Origin: Squalus acanthias
Lineage: Eukaryota
Length of the DNA: 64,000 nucleotides
NCBI GenBank assembly: GCA_030390025.1
Contig: CM059425.1
Coordinates: 165,790,001 to 165,854,000, forward strand
Direction: 5' to 3'
Positions 35,050 to 48,338 of this stretch are shown here, one piece after another. The stretch's first letter is position 1. The number at the start of each line of letters is the position of its first letter. The notes beneath the pieces were generated by a model. That model made no database searches and was not told the DNA's origin. It was given only the letters and a program-made list of their open reading frames with translations. The translations under genes and the position numbers were made by a program.

Positions 35050-37099
35050 CATAGTCTTATTCCTGCTCATATTTTTGTATATCTGTTATTAAAGGGGATT
35101 GGGAACATTTAAACATAAATAAAGACACGACACGATCGGCCGAATGGCCTCCTTCTGTGCAATAAATTTCTATGATTCTATGATAAAACATGCCAATGTT
35201 GTCTCTGTTAAAAGAATATTTAAACCAACAATGGATAAAATCAGTACAACACTGCGGTGGTTTGGTTTGTCAAAGTACTCGGTGCTACATTGGTAACGTA
35301 CAATGAAAGTGAGCAGTAAAACAGTGATGGTTTAGGACAAGTACCCTTAAGCCAAGGTTGTATTGCCGAACAGTGGGCCTGTATCTTTACCCTTTGTTTT
35401 GCTGGCACTAATCTAGTCCGGATAGATTCAGTAGTAAAACAGACAATGGCATGGTGCTAGTTCCAGTCTACCCTTAACTGAAGTTGTGTTTGAATTTTGT
35501 TCAGTAGGCTTGAGAACCTATAGGTACACCAGCAATTGTTAGAGGCAGTCTGAAATTTTACTTGGGTTGTGGGTTTTGTTTTCATCTAATGAGTGGAATT
35601 GGGGCTGTTGCGGATTAGTAAGCTCTGATATTTTGGCTGGACACCAACATGCGGATGAATGTTATCTATCTTCAGAGAGCAATTTGTATTACAATGAATG
35701 TGTACTTTATGCAAGTGTTTTCCATTTTGTCTGTACTTTTCCTTTCACTGGAGGCATTTTCTATAACACAGAATAAATAAGACTGAAGTAACTGAGTTCA
35801 TGGTGAGGGGTTTTTGCTACTTTTATGGGCAGTATCATTTGCAAAATTTCCGGATAGTATAATTCTTGGTTATGTTGTCATTAGGTATTCAAACAATTCC
35901 TAATCAGTACATTTTGCTGAGGGGGAAAAGAGGCATCTTAACTAGATGGAAATAACTTCTAAGAAGTGGATTGCAATGTTTAATCTGTTCAGTGATTTAC
36001 AGTACAATATTGAAGAATGTCCTCTGATAATGGAAACAGCTGGCTCTTTATTAAACGAGAAAGTGTTCATTAATATAGGTTGGGATTCAAAAGAGATTTG
36101 AATATTGTACTCTTGTTTTTCTGCCTTTAGAAATAAATTTTAAAAGATTACATTTCAGCATATTTACAAGACGTCAGAGACAGGTACAAAATGGAGGTGT
36201 GGATTTGTTTTGATAATTATGAAATCCAATCCTTGTTCAAATACAAAAGATTTACTGTCCTGTTAGCAATTACTCTTCTATCTCTTGTGAGAGTATTATA
36301 TATTTATGATGTGAAACTTGGCTTATCTCTTGATAAGTTGGATCATTTGGTATTTCTGTTGGGTTTGAGGTGTTTCAGGTTATCATGGTACAATACACAG
36401 GGGTAAAATAGTGTACTGTTCTAGTTATTAAGACGGCAGTAATTGAGGCAATTTTAAATAAAATGCCTAAAACTTGATGTGTACTGCTCTGAAGTGAGCC
36501 TGCAGCTTCACAGCTCCAGTTAACTCCAACCGAAAGCAGTGAAGACTGTGTTCCGAAACGCTACATTGATCAAACATGACTAGTTGTTATTGTGCTGCAA
36601 TGGAGAGAAAATGAAGAAAAATGCAGTTTTTAATTAGATTTTATTTGGGTGTATTACATAGAATTAAATAGAATGTACAGTGCAGAAACAGGCCATCCAG
36701 CCCAATTGGTCTGTGCCAGTGTTTGTGCTCCACACGAGCCTTTTATGTTCCACATGAGGTATGTTATGATCTGCGTTTTTTCTCGCTTTGGTCAGTCTGA
36801 TCCTTGTCCTTCCTTTGCCAGTAACATCAGGCAGGCAACCTGCTTCTAGCCCACTATCTGTATCACTCTAAAATTAACTGCTCCAAGGCATACAATAGCA
36901 GCCCAGTTGTGCCTTATCCAGCACTGTTTCCTTTCCTCCCTTTGGGAAGCACCTAGCCTTCAATCGGCACCTTCCCACACCAGTGCATCTAAGATGTGAA
37001 ACTCCCTGGAGTGGAGAAATTAAAATCTGTACATTGATGCTCCACTATGCCCATATAATTAAAAAATGTTCTGATAATGCACTGTTCTTCAGATACTAA

Positions 37100-37728
37100 G
37101 GGCTGGATTTTGATACTGGGGTGGGTTGGGGTCATGTCATCCACTTTTCGTGTTATCCACCCGACTGCAATTGGATGTGGGAGATTGATGCGATTTTCAC
37201 CTAATTGGGCAATTGAGTTCCAGCATGTGGGAACCCATGAACCAATTAGTGTTTTCAGTCTGAAAGTCGCCTCTGATGATGTCATCATTGCTGCCTCATT
37301 GAAGGTCTGCAAAGACTGCCTGGCCTTTGCTGTGAGAGGACCTGGAGGCAAAATGAGCAGCAGCAGCCTTAAGTCTGCTCCCAGATATTTTTGCACCACC
37401 ACTCCCAGATATGTCTCCCATTCACCGCCAGCCAGCCAGATGTGCTCCCACCAGGTTTCACATTCGTGGTTCACAACAGGCGTGCTTCACGTAGAAAAAG
37501 GGTTAAAATCACAAAGGCCTTTCAAAATGGCATTATAGAGGCAATTTAGTGCTTGTTAAGGGCCTTAACAGCCTATTCCACCTCTTAGAGGCGGGACGGA
37601 GTCGGGACCAGCAGACACGATTTAATGAAAATTGCGTGGAGGCGGGCTAGTGCCCGCCCGCCAGTTTTCACAATTTTAACCCCACACGCCTCCAAACCCA
37701 CCTCCACGGGTCAATGAAAATCCAGCCC
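37100..37728. mobile_element. PIF/Harbinger MITE
   Basis: Perfect 12-bp TIRs GGGCTGGATTTT / AAAATCCAGCCC with a TAA target-site duplication. Confidence 0.9.
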
Positions 37729-38449
37729 TAAGTAACCATTTGACATATAAACCGTTTCAATTGTATCAGAGTGGCCATTCGATATGTACTTGCTGAGCAT
37801 ATTCTCCTGAGTATCTAATGTCATGAAGACTACTTTGAATATTTGGATCCAGTTATATTTATCAGGATCTGGACTATTTCTAAGGTGGAAGTTGAGCCTG
37901 TGTTGACAATACTGAGAGTGAATAGATACAATGGAATGATCTAACTGCTCATGTCACTAAATATTTACTTGCTCAACATCACTGTATTTATGCTTTGGTG
38001 CCATTCAGTATATTTAGCTCTTCAGTTAGTTTATTCAAACACTAATGGACTCGTCAAACACTATTTGATGGCTGAGCTTTGCACATTAAGAGTATTGTTT
38101 TTGTAGGCCTTAGGTAGCTGCGTGCGCAGATTTGGAAAGTTACAAAGAAACTTCGGTGTGCTTGAGTTCAACATGGCTTTGTTGGCCCATTCAGCTTATG
38201 CTAGTCGATCTGTTTGTGTTCGACGCTGCTGTAATTGAGCCTAGGAATTCAGAAAATCTAAACGATACATTTTCAGAAAACAAATATCTAGGAGCCCATT
38301 ACAAAGCAGAAATTAATGGAGGAGTTCAGATGACCCCATTAACTAGGTTCAAGTGTTTTTTTTTAAATGCAGTCTGAATTTTGAGGTATGTTACTATATT
38401 GAAATACACTTCCGTACTTTCCTGACGGTCCACCAAAGACGGATCAACC

Positions 38450-38612
38450 GTTCATTCACTTCATTGCTGTTTATGGGATCCTGGTGATGTATATAAAATG
38501 GTTGCTATATTTAGCTACATAACGATCACTTCACTCCAAAGTAAATTATTTTATAAAGCACTTTGAGAGACGTTTCTGTGAGACACGATAAGTATTATGT
38601 AAGTTTCCTCTC
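38450..38612 (+). mobile_element. Old DeuSINE 3' fragment
   Basis: cattgctgtttatgggatcc...aaatggttgct...aaagcactttgaga matches the SINE tail. Confidence 0.55.
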
Positions 38613-39529
38613 TGTCTCTCACATGTGAATACTGGCTACTTGGTGTGACATTGTAAGGCAACCAGTGGAAAAATAAGAAAAATGATTGAGAGGATAACCC
38701 AGTTTACTTTGAATTGCATTGCAAAATTATCACGTTGCTTGTTCATGATGTCATTGAGACACAAATAACATACATCTATCTGCTTGTTGGCCCTTTTGCT
38801 CTGTTGAGAACAAGGATAATGCCTCTTTAATAACCCAGCAGAGTTTTATTTGATTGTCTCATTTCCTTTGTATGTTTGGCTTATTTATCCAGCAGCCTAT
38901 TTAATCTGTATGAGATGAGTACAATGTCTGTGACAAATGAGGAAAGAATTGCATATCAAATGATTGGGTAAGAGTAATAACCAGAGTGTGTGTAAGAAGT
39001 ATGGTAGGCATGTGATCGATGGTACTGCAGGATTCGACAGAGCCTCGTAATTCAATCAACTGCACATTCTTCACAAGTTAGAATCACGCCTGTTATTGCT
39101 GCTCTCCGGTCATAATACTCTATCCCTATCATTGTTGTTACATCATCTGCCCGACTGTCAATCAGTGTTTTCCCTGCACAAGCAACCTTAGCTGAACCTG
39201 TAATTAATGATTTGGAAATAGAAATCACGGCAGAAACCGAACGATTATTCACGGCCATTACAGATGGATCTGGCAGTAATTGGGTCAGGTGAGAGAGATA
39301 TCGTGGGCAAAAGCGTAGTTTGCTGGAGCTCAGTCTAGATTTACAAACTACTGTACGGTAAGCGGAGACAACATAGATGATCAATAATTTAAAAAATATA
39401 GCCACTGTAACACATCACTTAATTGTATTTCTACTTCTCATGATGTGTTTTTGGTGGGGGGGATATTAAAAAGTGATAGGGACAGCTCTCCTAATGGCTC
39501 AGTGGGTACATTTACTGACTGCTGGAATT

Positions 39530-40005
39530 TCACAATCGTACAGCACAGGAGGCAATTCGGCCCATCGTGCTTATGCCGGCTCTTTGAAAGAGCTATCCAA
39601 TTAATCCCACTTCCCTGCTCTTTCCCCATAGCCCTGCAATTTTTTCCCCTTCAACTATTTATCCAATTGCCCTTTGAAAGTTACAATTGAGCCTGCTTCC
39701 ACCACCCTTTCAGGCAGTGCATTGCAGATCACAACAACTTGCTGCGTAAAAACATTTCTCCTCGTCTCCCCTCTGGTTCTTTTGCCAATTACCTTAAACC
39801 TCCGTCCACTGGTTACCAACCCTCCTGCCAGAGGAAACAGTTTCTCCTTATTTACTCTATCAAAACCCCTCATAATTTTGAACACCACTATTAAACTTCT
39901 GGTTAACCTTCTCTGCTCCGAGGAGAACAATCCCACCTTCTCCAGTCTCTCCACATCCCTGGTACCATTCTGGTAAATCTCCCCCTGCACCCTCTCCAAG
40001 GCCTT
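39530..40005 (-). mobile_element. CR1 LINE 3' end
   Basis: ORF 39655..40044 ERLEKVGLFSSEQRRL...FKVIGKRTRGETRRNVFTQ. Confidence 0.9.
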
Positions 40006-40074
40006 GGATATTGATCCATACAGGTTAAGAAGATACGATAGCAAAATACTGCGGATGCTGGAAGAAGATTAAGA

Positions 40075-40262
40075 AGATCCCAGGTTTAATCTCCGATCTG
40101 AGCATGGCTAGCTGATCTCAGATGGGGCTTTGCGTGGGGTGCCCCTGTCCCCCTCGGCTAGGGAAGAGAGTCCCCTCTCCTGATCACTTCCCAACTACTT
40201 CTGCTGGAATATGCCTGTCTGGACAGGATCAAACTCAGTTGTGATGCCTTTGTGGTTAAATA
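40075..40262 (+). mobile_element. Ancient SINE remnant (same family as 5070-5370)
   Basis: tcccaggtttaatctcc...ctagctgatctcag...ctcctgatcac...ggacaggatc...tgtgatgcc. Confidence 0.45.
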
Positions 40263-40859
40263 AGAGGATAGAATAAACATTTTTTTTAGAAAAAAAGTTG
40301 TTTTTTCTTAAAAGTAACTCCAGCAATTAACCAGATGTTATAACATAGAGCAATAGCCTTGGAGCTGCTTCAGTTACTTTATTGTTAAAAAAGCAAATTT
40401 ACCAACAGCAATATAAAAAATTCCAGCATAACCAGACAGTGTTTTTTAATGGACTGTAAACATTTTGATTCAGTACATTTTCCATTCTGCTTGACTTACT
40501 TTGCTCCCTTTAAGGACGAGTAAGGCTGAAGTAAGATCTCTTTTTTTTTGCATCAAACCACTTCATGTTGTTGGAGAATGTGCTCAAGCTCGGGTTTTCG
40601 ACTTCATCTCCTCAGCTAAAGTCAGCAAGCCTACATCATATCTCACATTATTGATATCGCCAGATATTATGATTTTATGCAAGAATAATACTTGGAGATT
40701 TAAACACTTGCTCTTTGGCTTGTCTGTGATACAATAAAGAAAAATAAACTGAAGTAGTCTTAGCTGTCTGCCAATCTGTACTACCAATGAGTGTTTGAGT
40801 CTTTTGATGAATTAAGCTGATTTTTAAAAAAAATAGGAGGCAGAGTGTCCATTAGTCAA

Positions 40860-42035
40860 ATATAGGAACAGTGGAACAGGAGTGTAGGCCATTATTCAAT
40901 GAGATCATGGTGCTCTGTATCCTAATTTCATCCACCCACCTTGGCTCCATATCCCTTTTATACCCTTGGCTTGCAAAAATCTATCAATCTCAGATTTAAA
41001 ATTATTAATTGAGCTAGCATCTACTGCTTTTTGTGGGAGAGAGTTCCACACTTCTACCATCCTTTGCATGAAGAAGTGTTTCCTAACGTCTCTCCTGAAT
41101 AGCCTGACTCTGATTTTAAGGTTATGGCCACTTGTCCTATCTCCCCCACCAGCGGAAAAAGTTTCTATCTACCCTATCAATTCCTTTCAAAATCCTAAAA
41201 ACCTCAATCAAATCACCTATTACCCTTCTGTATTCTAGGGAATACAAGCCTAGTTTATGTAATCTCTCCTCATAATCTAACCTTTGAGCCCTGGTAACTT
41301 TCTGGTGAATCTGAGCTACACTCCTTCCAAGGCCAAAATATCCTCTCTAAGGTGTGGTGCCCTGAGCTGTACACAGTATTCCAGATGTGGTCTAACCAGG
41401 GCTTTGTATAGCTGTAGAAAATTTCCTCCCCTTTATATTCTAGCCCTTTAGTTATAAAAGTTAACATTCCATTAGCCTTCTTGATCATCTTTTTTTACCT
41501 GACTACAACGTTCCCGCCGCACAGCGATCGGGAAGACCCGCGCAGGCCACTCAACAGCTGTAACGCTGGAAAAGATACCGCGGCCTCACAACAAATTTAA
41601 AGGATTTGCACACCTGAAATAAAAATTAGAGGGAATATTGCTTGACTACTACATTTTAGTGATCTGTATACATGGACACCTAAATCTCTTTGGACCTCAC
41701 ACTTGCCTGTGTTGAAATCCATCTGCCACAGTTTCACTCACTCACTTAATCTATCAATGTCTCTTTGTAATTTTATACTCCCGTCTACACTACTTACGAT
41801 ACCACCCATCTGTGTGTCATCGGCAAACTTGTATATATGGCTCTCTCTTGTGTTATCCAAGTCATTAATAAATATAGTGAATAGTTGAGGCCCCAGCAAA
41901 GATCCTTGTGGGACACCTCTAGCCACTTACTTCCAAATTGAGTACATACCCATTATCCCTGCTCTCTGTCTTCTACCATCAATAATTTGCCTTCAATTCC
42001 ATGAGCTTTAATTTTTGCTAACTGTCTCTTATGTT
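40860..42035 (-). mobile_element. CR1 LINE 3' fragment with a hAT MITE insertion
   Basis: GVPQGSLLGPQLFTIFINDL...[27 protein letters not shown]. Confidence 0.9.
41506..41640. mobile_element. hAT-type MITE (135 bp)
   Basis: Imperfect TIRs CAACGTTCCC / GGGAATATTG; 8-bp TSD cctgacta / cttgacta; interrupts a CR1. Confidence 0.75.
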
Positions 42036-42114
42036 GACTGAAGCAATTTGGGACGTCCTCAGGTCGTGAAAAGCGCTATACAAATACAATTTATTTCTTG
42101 TATATCCTTTACTT

Positions 42115-42692
42115 AGAAACATAGGAGCAGGAGTAGGCCATTCGGCCCTTCGAGCCTGCTCCGCCATTCAATATGATCATGGCTGATCCTCTATCTCAGT
42201 ACCATATTCCTGCTCTCTTCCCATACCCCTTGATGCCTTTGCTGTCTAGAAATCTATCTATCTCCTTCTTAAATATATTCAGTGACTTGGCCTCCACAGC
42301 CTTCTGTGGTAGTGAATTCCACAGGTTCACCACCCTCTGAGTGAAGAAATTTCTCCTCATCTCAGTCCTAAATGTCCTACCCCGTATCCTGAGACTGTGA
42401 CCCTCGTTCTAGACCCGGGGAAACATCCTCCCTGCATCCAGTCTATCTAGCCCTGTCAGAATTATATACGTTTCAACGAGATCCCCTCTCTTTCTTCCAA
42501 ACTCTAGTGAATACAGGCCTAGTCGACCCAATCTCTCCTCATACGACAGTCCTGCCATCCCAGGAATCAGTCTGGTGAACCTTCGCTGCACTCCCTCTAT
42601 GGCAAGTATATCCTTTCTTAGGTAAGGAGACCAAACTGCACACAGTACTCCAGGTGTGGTCTCACCAAGGCCCTGTACAACTGTAGTAAGAC
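42115..42692 (-). mobile_element. Young CR1 3' end
   Basis: WSPYLRKDILAIEGVQRRFTRLIPGMAGLSYEERLGRLGLYSLE; near-identical to 57200-57790. Confidence 0.95.
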
Positions 42693-43537
42693 TTCTCCAG
42701 CATATTCCATAATGACAATTGCTCATTCGCTCCTTTTTATACAGGCGAATCAAAAAATGTTTCTTTCTTTATTCAATCTAAATCTTTGATTAATTTACCT
42801 GCAATTCCAATAAGAAACATTCCTACTGACCATCTCTCAGTAGTTGTTGTTACAAAGTAATATTGATCAGTCAGCAGGGTTACAGCACTGTATAAATATC
42901 AGACTCCCAAGCATTCTTCAGTGACCCACATGCAATCCTGGAACAACAATGCAGAGCATTTTTCTCTAAAACTACTTTATCTGTAATTTCAGTTTGCCTT
43001 TTACTTGCTTTAATCAATGACATTAACAATTTACTCCCTTAAACAGAGTCTATAGGACACAAAAGTGAGGCAACTCCGGTTTACACCTAGCCACCTCTTG
43101 TAAACACAACTAAAACTTATGTGCACTCATTACTCACTAAACTTGGAAAATGCCTTCCCTCCTTCGCGATCCACTTTAATACTGAAAGTGGTCATTTTTG
43201 TACTTGTTATTAAGGGGTAGAGAGTGGATGCACGGTGGGTGCTGCTGGACATGATATTTATCATTGAGCTGAGCCCGATAAACACGAGTGATAATATTTT
43301 CTGGTTTCTGTTTTTAAAGTGAGTGTTTGTATTTTGTAAATTGAGGGTGGATTACATTTATATTGTGGAGACATTTCGAATGTCACAGTGATGGAAAACA
43401 ATAGGGTCAGTAAAATCACAATGGGTGTTAATAACCCAGTAGAATCGAACCATGGGAGAATACAGAATGCTCTAACCCTACTTAGTGTTTTCTACCTGAT
43501 TTTAGTTGAATACTTTATATAATTGCACCAAAGTATA

Positions 43538-43715
43538 TTATCTGGTCATTATCACATTGCTGTTTGTGGGAGCTTGCTGTGTGCAAATTGGCTGCCATGT
43601 TTCCTACATTACAACAGTGATTACACTTCAAAAGTACTTAATTGGCTGTAAAGCACTTTGGGACGTCCTGAAGTCATGAAAGGCGCTATATAAATCCAAG
43701 TTCTTCCTTTCTTCT
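43538..43715 (+). mobile_element. DeuSINE 3' half
   Basis: ttatctggtcattatcacattgctgtttgtgggagcttgctgtgtgcaaattggctgcc...aaaggcgctatataaat. Confidence 0.75.
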
Positions 43716-44081
43716 TATTTGTATTCATATTGTGTGCAATCACTGGGACTGTGTGTGTTGAAGGTTCTGTAATTCAACCGTACTAATCCTCGACTGCTCC
43801 TGAAAAGCTACACTATTGTAGCTCTGCTGCATCAAGGATTAAGAGGCTCACATGACCAACACATTTAGTGCCTTATCAGTGATTCAGTCCTCCAGAACAT
43901 GATAAAACACTGAAGTGCAAATGTTCAGCAACAACACCACTAACCACTTATCCTATTGCATGCAACAATTAGCTTCTGTTACATCAAACCCAAGTTCCGA
44001 CAATGTGTGCACCAAGGGTAACACAAAGAACATGTTAATTGTAAACCAATCATTTCATCCCATGAGTTCAAAGTAAACAGC

Positions 44082-44624
44082 ATCTACAAGGCACAAGTAA
44101 GGAGTGTGATGGAATACTCTCCACTTGCCTGGATGAGTGCAGCTCCAACAACACTCAAGAAGCTCAACACCATCCAGGGCAAAGTAGCCCGCTTGATTGG
44201 CACCATCCACCCATCCACCACCTTAAACATTCACTCCCTCCACCACAGGCGTACCGTGGCTGCAGTGTGTACCATCTACAAGATGCACTGCAGCAACTCG
44301 CCAAGGCTTCTTTGGCAGCACCTCCCAAACCCACGACCTCTACCACCTAGAAGGACAAGGGCAGCAGGCGCATGGGAACACCACCACCTCCAAGTTTCCC
44401 TCCAAGTCACAAACCATCCTGGCTTGGAAGTATATCGTTGTTCCTTCATTGTTGCTGGGTCAAAATCCTGGGACTCCCTCCCTAACAGCACTGTGGGAGC
44501 ACCTTCACCACACGACTGCAGCGGTTCAAGAAGGTGGCTCACCACCACCTTCTCGAGGGCAATTAGGGATGGGCAATAAATGCTGGTCTTGCCAGCGACG
44601 CCCACATCCCATGAATGAAAAAAA
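44082..44624 (+). mobile_element. LINE family A 3' fragment
   Basis: MEYSPLAWMSAAPTTLKKL...HSLHHRRTVAAVCTIYKMHC; 3' UTR and A tail. Confidence 0.9.
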
Positions 44625-44817
44625 GCACCCATTCCAGTACAAATACTACAATTGTCGTCAAAACAACACATCAATCATAAGATGAAGAATTAGCAGCTCT
44701 GCATCAAATTCATCAATGTAACATTTTAACAGTGAAAGAAAAATTCAAAGAAATACTGGTACACAGCTATTATTTTAAGATAACTTCCATATTTGGATAT
44801 GTATAAATTAATACAAA

Positions 44818-45313
44818 GGGGTAAAAATTGGGTAGCGCCCCAAAAAAGTTAGTGCCCCCGCAGCCGATTTTCCCAGGTAGCGCCCCGAGAGGGAGGAGGG
44901 GCGCTACTGGAAGCACCCCGCGTCCCTCTTGGGGTGCTGCGAGCCAATATCGCGGTGCTACATGCCGCAGCGCCACGGTATTGCAGGCCTTCCTCCCCTT
45001 ATTAAAGGGGAGGGGCCTGGCACAGCGCGTCCCGGCGCCCAGCTGGGCCACCAGGGATCAGGAGTGCCGGGCTCACGGAGAGCAGCTGGCACCCCGCGAG
45101 GGGGCTTCACGGGGGCAGGTGATGGCAGGAGGACATAGCGTCCGGCGGTAAGTCGTTGGTGGCGCAGAGCCGCGCGGCGCTAACGGTTAGCACCGCCGCT
45201 AACCTCCCGCTGAATTTCGTGGGAGGCATTAGTGGCACCGCGCCCAGGCGCTAGTTGATTTGCACCCTCTTAGGGCGCTAACAGGAGGCGCAAATCAACC
45301 GAATTTAGCCCCC
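44818..45313. mobile_element. GC-rich Harbinger-type MITE
   Basis: GGGGTAAAAATTGGGT ... ACCGAATTTAGCCCCC flanked by AAA on both sides; right end shared with 25441-26349. Confidence 0.75.
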
Positions 45314-45403
45314 AAAGTCTTTTACACCACGTCAATGCTAGCACAGTATTATGAAATGTCTCTGTACTGTACATTAATATTTGCATTGCTCATGCAATTA
45401 TAA

Positions 45404-45895
45404 GAACATAACATAAGAAATAGGAACAGGAGTAGGCCATTCGGCTCTTCGAGCCTGCTCCGTCATTCAGTGAGATCATGGCTGATCTTCTGCCTCAACT
45501 CCATTCACCGGCCCTATCACCATATCCCTTGATGCCTTACTAGTCAGAAATCTATCGACTTCTGTTTTGAACATACCCAATGACTGAGCCTCCACAGCCC
45601 TCTGGGGTAGAGAATTCCAAAGATTCACCACCCTCTATATGAAGAAATGTCTTTTCATCTCAGTCCTGAATGGCCTACCCTTTATCCTGAGGCTGTGGCC
45701 CCTGGTTCTAGACTCCCCAGCCAAGGGAAACATTCTCCCAGCATCCACCTTATCAAGCCCTGTAATAATTTTGTATGCTTCAATGAGATCCCCTCTCATT
45801 CTTCTGAATTCAAGAGAACACAGGCCTAGTTTACTCAATCTCTTCTCATACGACAGTCCCGCCATCCCAAGAATCAATCTCGTGAACCTTCGTTG
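45404..45895 (-). mobile_element. CR1 LINE 3' end
   Basis: QRRFTRLILGMAGLSYEKRLSKLGL...RTRGHSLRIKGRPFRTEM; tail repeats agaacataacataagaa. Confidence 0.9.
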
Positions 45896-48262
45896 CCAAA
45901 GATCTCTTGTGCGCAATTTAATACTTCAGCAATTTAAATTTCATCTGATGTCCTCTGGATAATTATAACAGCTTCACAAAATGGGTGTTTGAAGTGGCAT
46001 CAAACTAACAGGAGTTTTACGTGTTTCATCACTTGTAATCTTCTGTTGAATTACATCAATGACTTAACAACAACTTCTTTCCACAAAACTTCCTCTTGTG
46101 GTTTTTGATTAGAAGTCAACAGAAGTAGCATCCTTAGCCCTTCCACCTGTTGATGGCCACCATCAAACTGTCTTCGGGGACCAGTTAGTGGAAATGATAA
46201 GCTGACATGTTGTTCAACTCCCAGCTTAAACCACCAAACTGAATGCTTTTACTTCTTAGGGCTACACAATTGGGAGGAGTAGTGAACCAAACTGAAACTA
46301 TTGGTTAATTCATCTTAATTCATATAAGGTCATGTATCAAACAATGCGTGCTGTTGATCATAAGAAAACAAAACCTATTAATAAAAGTTTCTCATTATTA
46401 TGTGGCTCCATGATTGCTCTTCAATCAACTCCAGGAAATCCTAGCTAAGTGCAGATTCTCTGAAGTACCCATATTTGTGGTTCTGGCATTCCTGTATGTG
46501 TATTAGCTCCTGAGAAATTATAATAAAAATAAACAAAACAAATAAGCTCTAAAAAGCCCTGAGGTGATGTCAGAAACACACGATGTGTCTCAATATTACT
46601 GCCTCCCTGATATACAGGCACACATCTCTACAATACTTAAATTAACAGCATCAAGCATTGTATCTTTATGTAGCTTTTTATATAATATTTGGTAGTCTCA
46701 GTGCTGCATTAAATATTTTATAAATTGTATGCACTGTGATGTTGAATAGTGGCATCTTCTCCACAATTGTTCAAATGAGTCATAGAGTCATAATGACACA
46801 GAAGGAGGCCATTCGGGCCATCAAGTCCGTGCCAGCTCTCTGTAGAGCAATCCAGTCAGTCCCATTCCCCCGCTCTATCCCCGTAGCCCTGCAAGTTTAT
46901 TTCCCTCAAGTGCCTAACCAGTCTCCCCTTGAAAACATTGAGTGTCTCCGCTTCCACCACTTCCGTCGGCAGTGAGTTCCAGATCTTCACCACTCGCTGC
47001 GTAAAAAAGTTTTTCCTCACGTTCCCCCCTGTATCTCTTGCCCAAAACCTTAAATCTGTGTCCCCTAGTCCTTGTACCATCAACTAGTGGAACAGCCTTT
47101 CCCTGTCTAGCCTATCCAAACCTGTCATAATCTTGTACACCTCTATCAAATCACCCCTCAACCTCCTTTGCTCTAATGAAAACAAATCCAGATTCTCCAA
47201 CCTGTCCTTGTAGCTAAGATCCCCCATCCCTGGAACCATTCTGGTAAATCTCCTCTGCACCCTCTCAAGGGCCTTCACATCCTTCCTAAAGTGTGGTGAC
47301 CAGAACTGGACATAATACTCCAGTTGTGGCCTCACCAGCACTTTATAAAGGTTCAGCATAACTTCTCTACTTTTGTACTCAATACCTCTATTTATGAAGC
47401 CCAAGATCCCATATGCTTTGCTAACCACTCTCTCAATATGACCCGCCACCTTCAGGGACCTATGCACATTAAGTCCCAGGTCACTCTGTCCCTGCACACT
47501 CTTTAAAACTGTGCCATTAAGTGTATATTGCCTCTCCCTGTTCCTTCTGCCAAAATGCATCACCTCACACATCTCTGTATTAAATTCCATCTGCCACTTG
47601 TCTGCCCATTCTGCTAGCCTTTCCATGTCCTGTTGCAGTTGATTGGTATCATCATCACTGTTTGCCACACCCCCAAGTTTGGTGTCATCGGCAAATTTAG
47701 AAATTCTACTCTGTATTCCAATATCCAGGTCATTTATTTATATATATATCTCAAAATAAACAGTGGCCCCAGCACTGACCCTTGGAACACCACTGTCTAC
47801 CATCCTCCAGTTTGAAAAACAGCCATTTACCACAACTTGCTGTTTTCTGTCCTTAAACTAATTCCTTATCCAAGCTGCCACTGACCCACCTATTCCATGA
47901 GCCTCAATTTTGTTAACCAGCCGTCTATGTGGTACTTTGTCAAACGCCTTCCGAAAATCCATGTAGACAACATCCATTACATTCCCTTCAACAATCCTCC
48001 CTGTTACTTAATCAAAAAATTCAATAAGATTAGTCAAACACAATCTGCCTTTTCCAAATCCGTGTTGGCTCTCCTTAATTAGCTTAAACCTCTCCAAGTG
48101 CCCGTTAATTTTTTCCTTGATTATTGTTTCTAAAACTTTACCCACCACTGATGTTAAACTGTAGTTACTAGCCATGATGTGGAGATGCCGGTGTTGGACT
48201 GGGGTGGACAAATGTGAGAAGTCGCACAACACCAGGTTATAGTCCAACAGTTTTATTTGAAA

Positions 48263-48299
48263 TCACAAGCTTTCGGAGCGCTGCTCCTTCGTCAGGTGA
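48263..48299 (-). ncRNA. Minimal type I hammerhead ribozyme motif (intact core)
   Basis: UCAC-CUGACGA-A-GGAGC-AGC-GCUCC-GAAA-GCUU-GUGA: CUGANGA and GAAA boxes, 5-bp stem II, stem I UCAC/GUGA, palindromic AAGCUU in place of stem III. Confidence 0.7.
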
Positions 48300-48301
48300 A
48301 G

Positions 48302-48338
48302 TCACCTGATGAAGGAGCAGCGCTCCAAAAGCTTGTGA
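48302..48338 (+). ncRNA. Minimal hammerhead ribozyme motif with a mutated core (GAAA to AAAA)
   Basis: tcac-ctgatga-aggagcagcgctcc-aaaa-gctt-gtga. Confidence 0.55.

Noticed and set aside
36989..37538. Overlapping 161-aa and 153-aa ORFs on opposite strands
   Set aside because: They lie mostly within the TIR/TSD-bounded MITE 37100-37728 and contain no recognisable domain.
42700..46700. Unique segments between TEs with faint transposase-like words on the minus strand (KCVGHV, YPNMEVILK)
   Set aside because: The motifs are too short, the frames are full of stops, and they could arise by chance; a profile search is needed.
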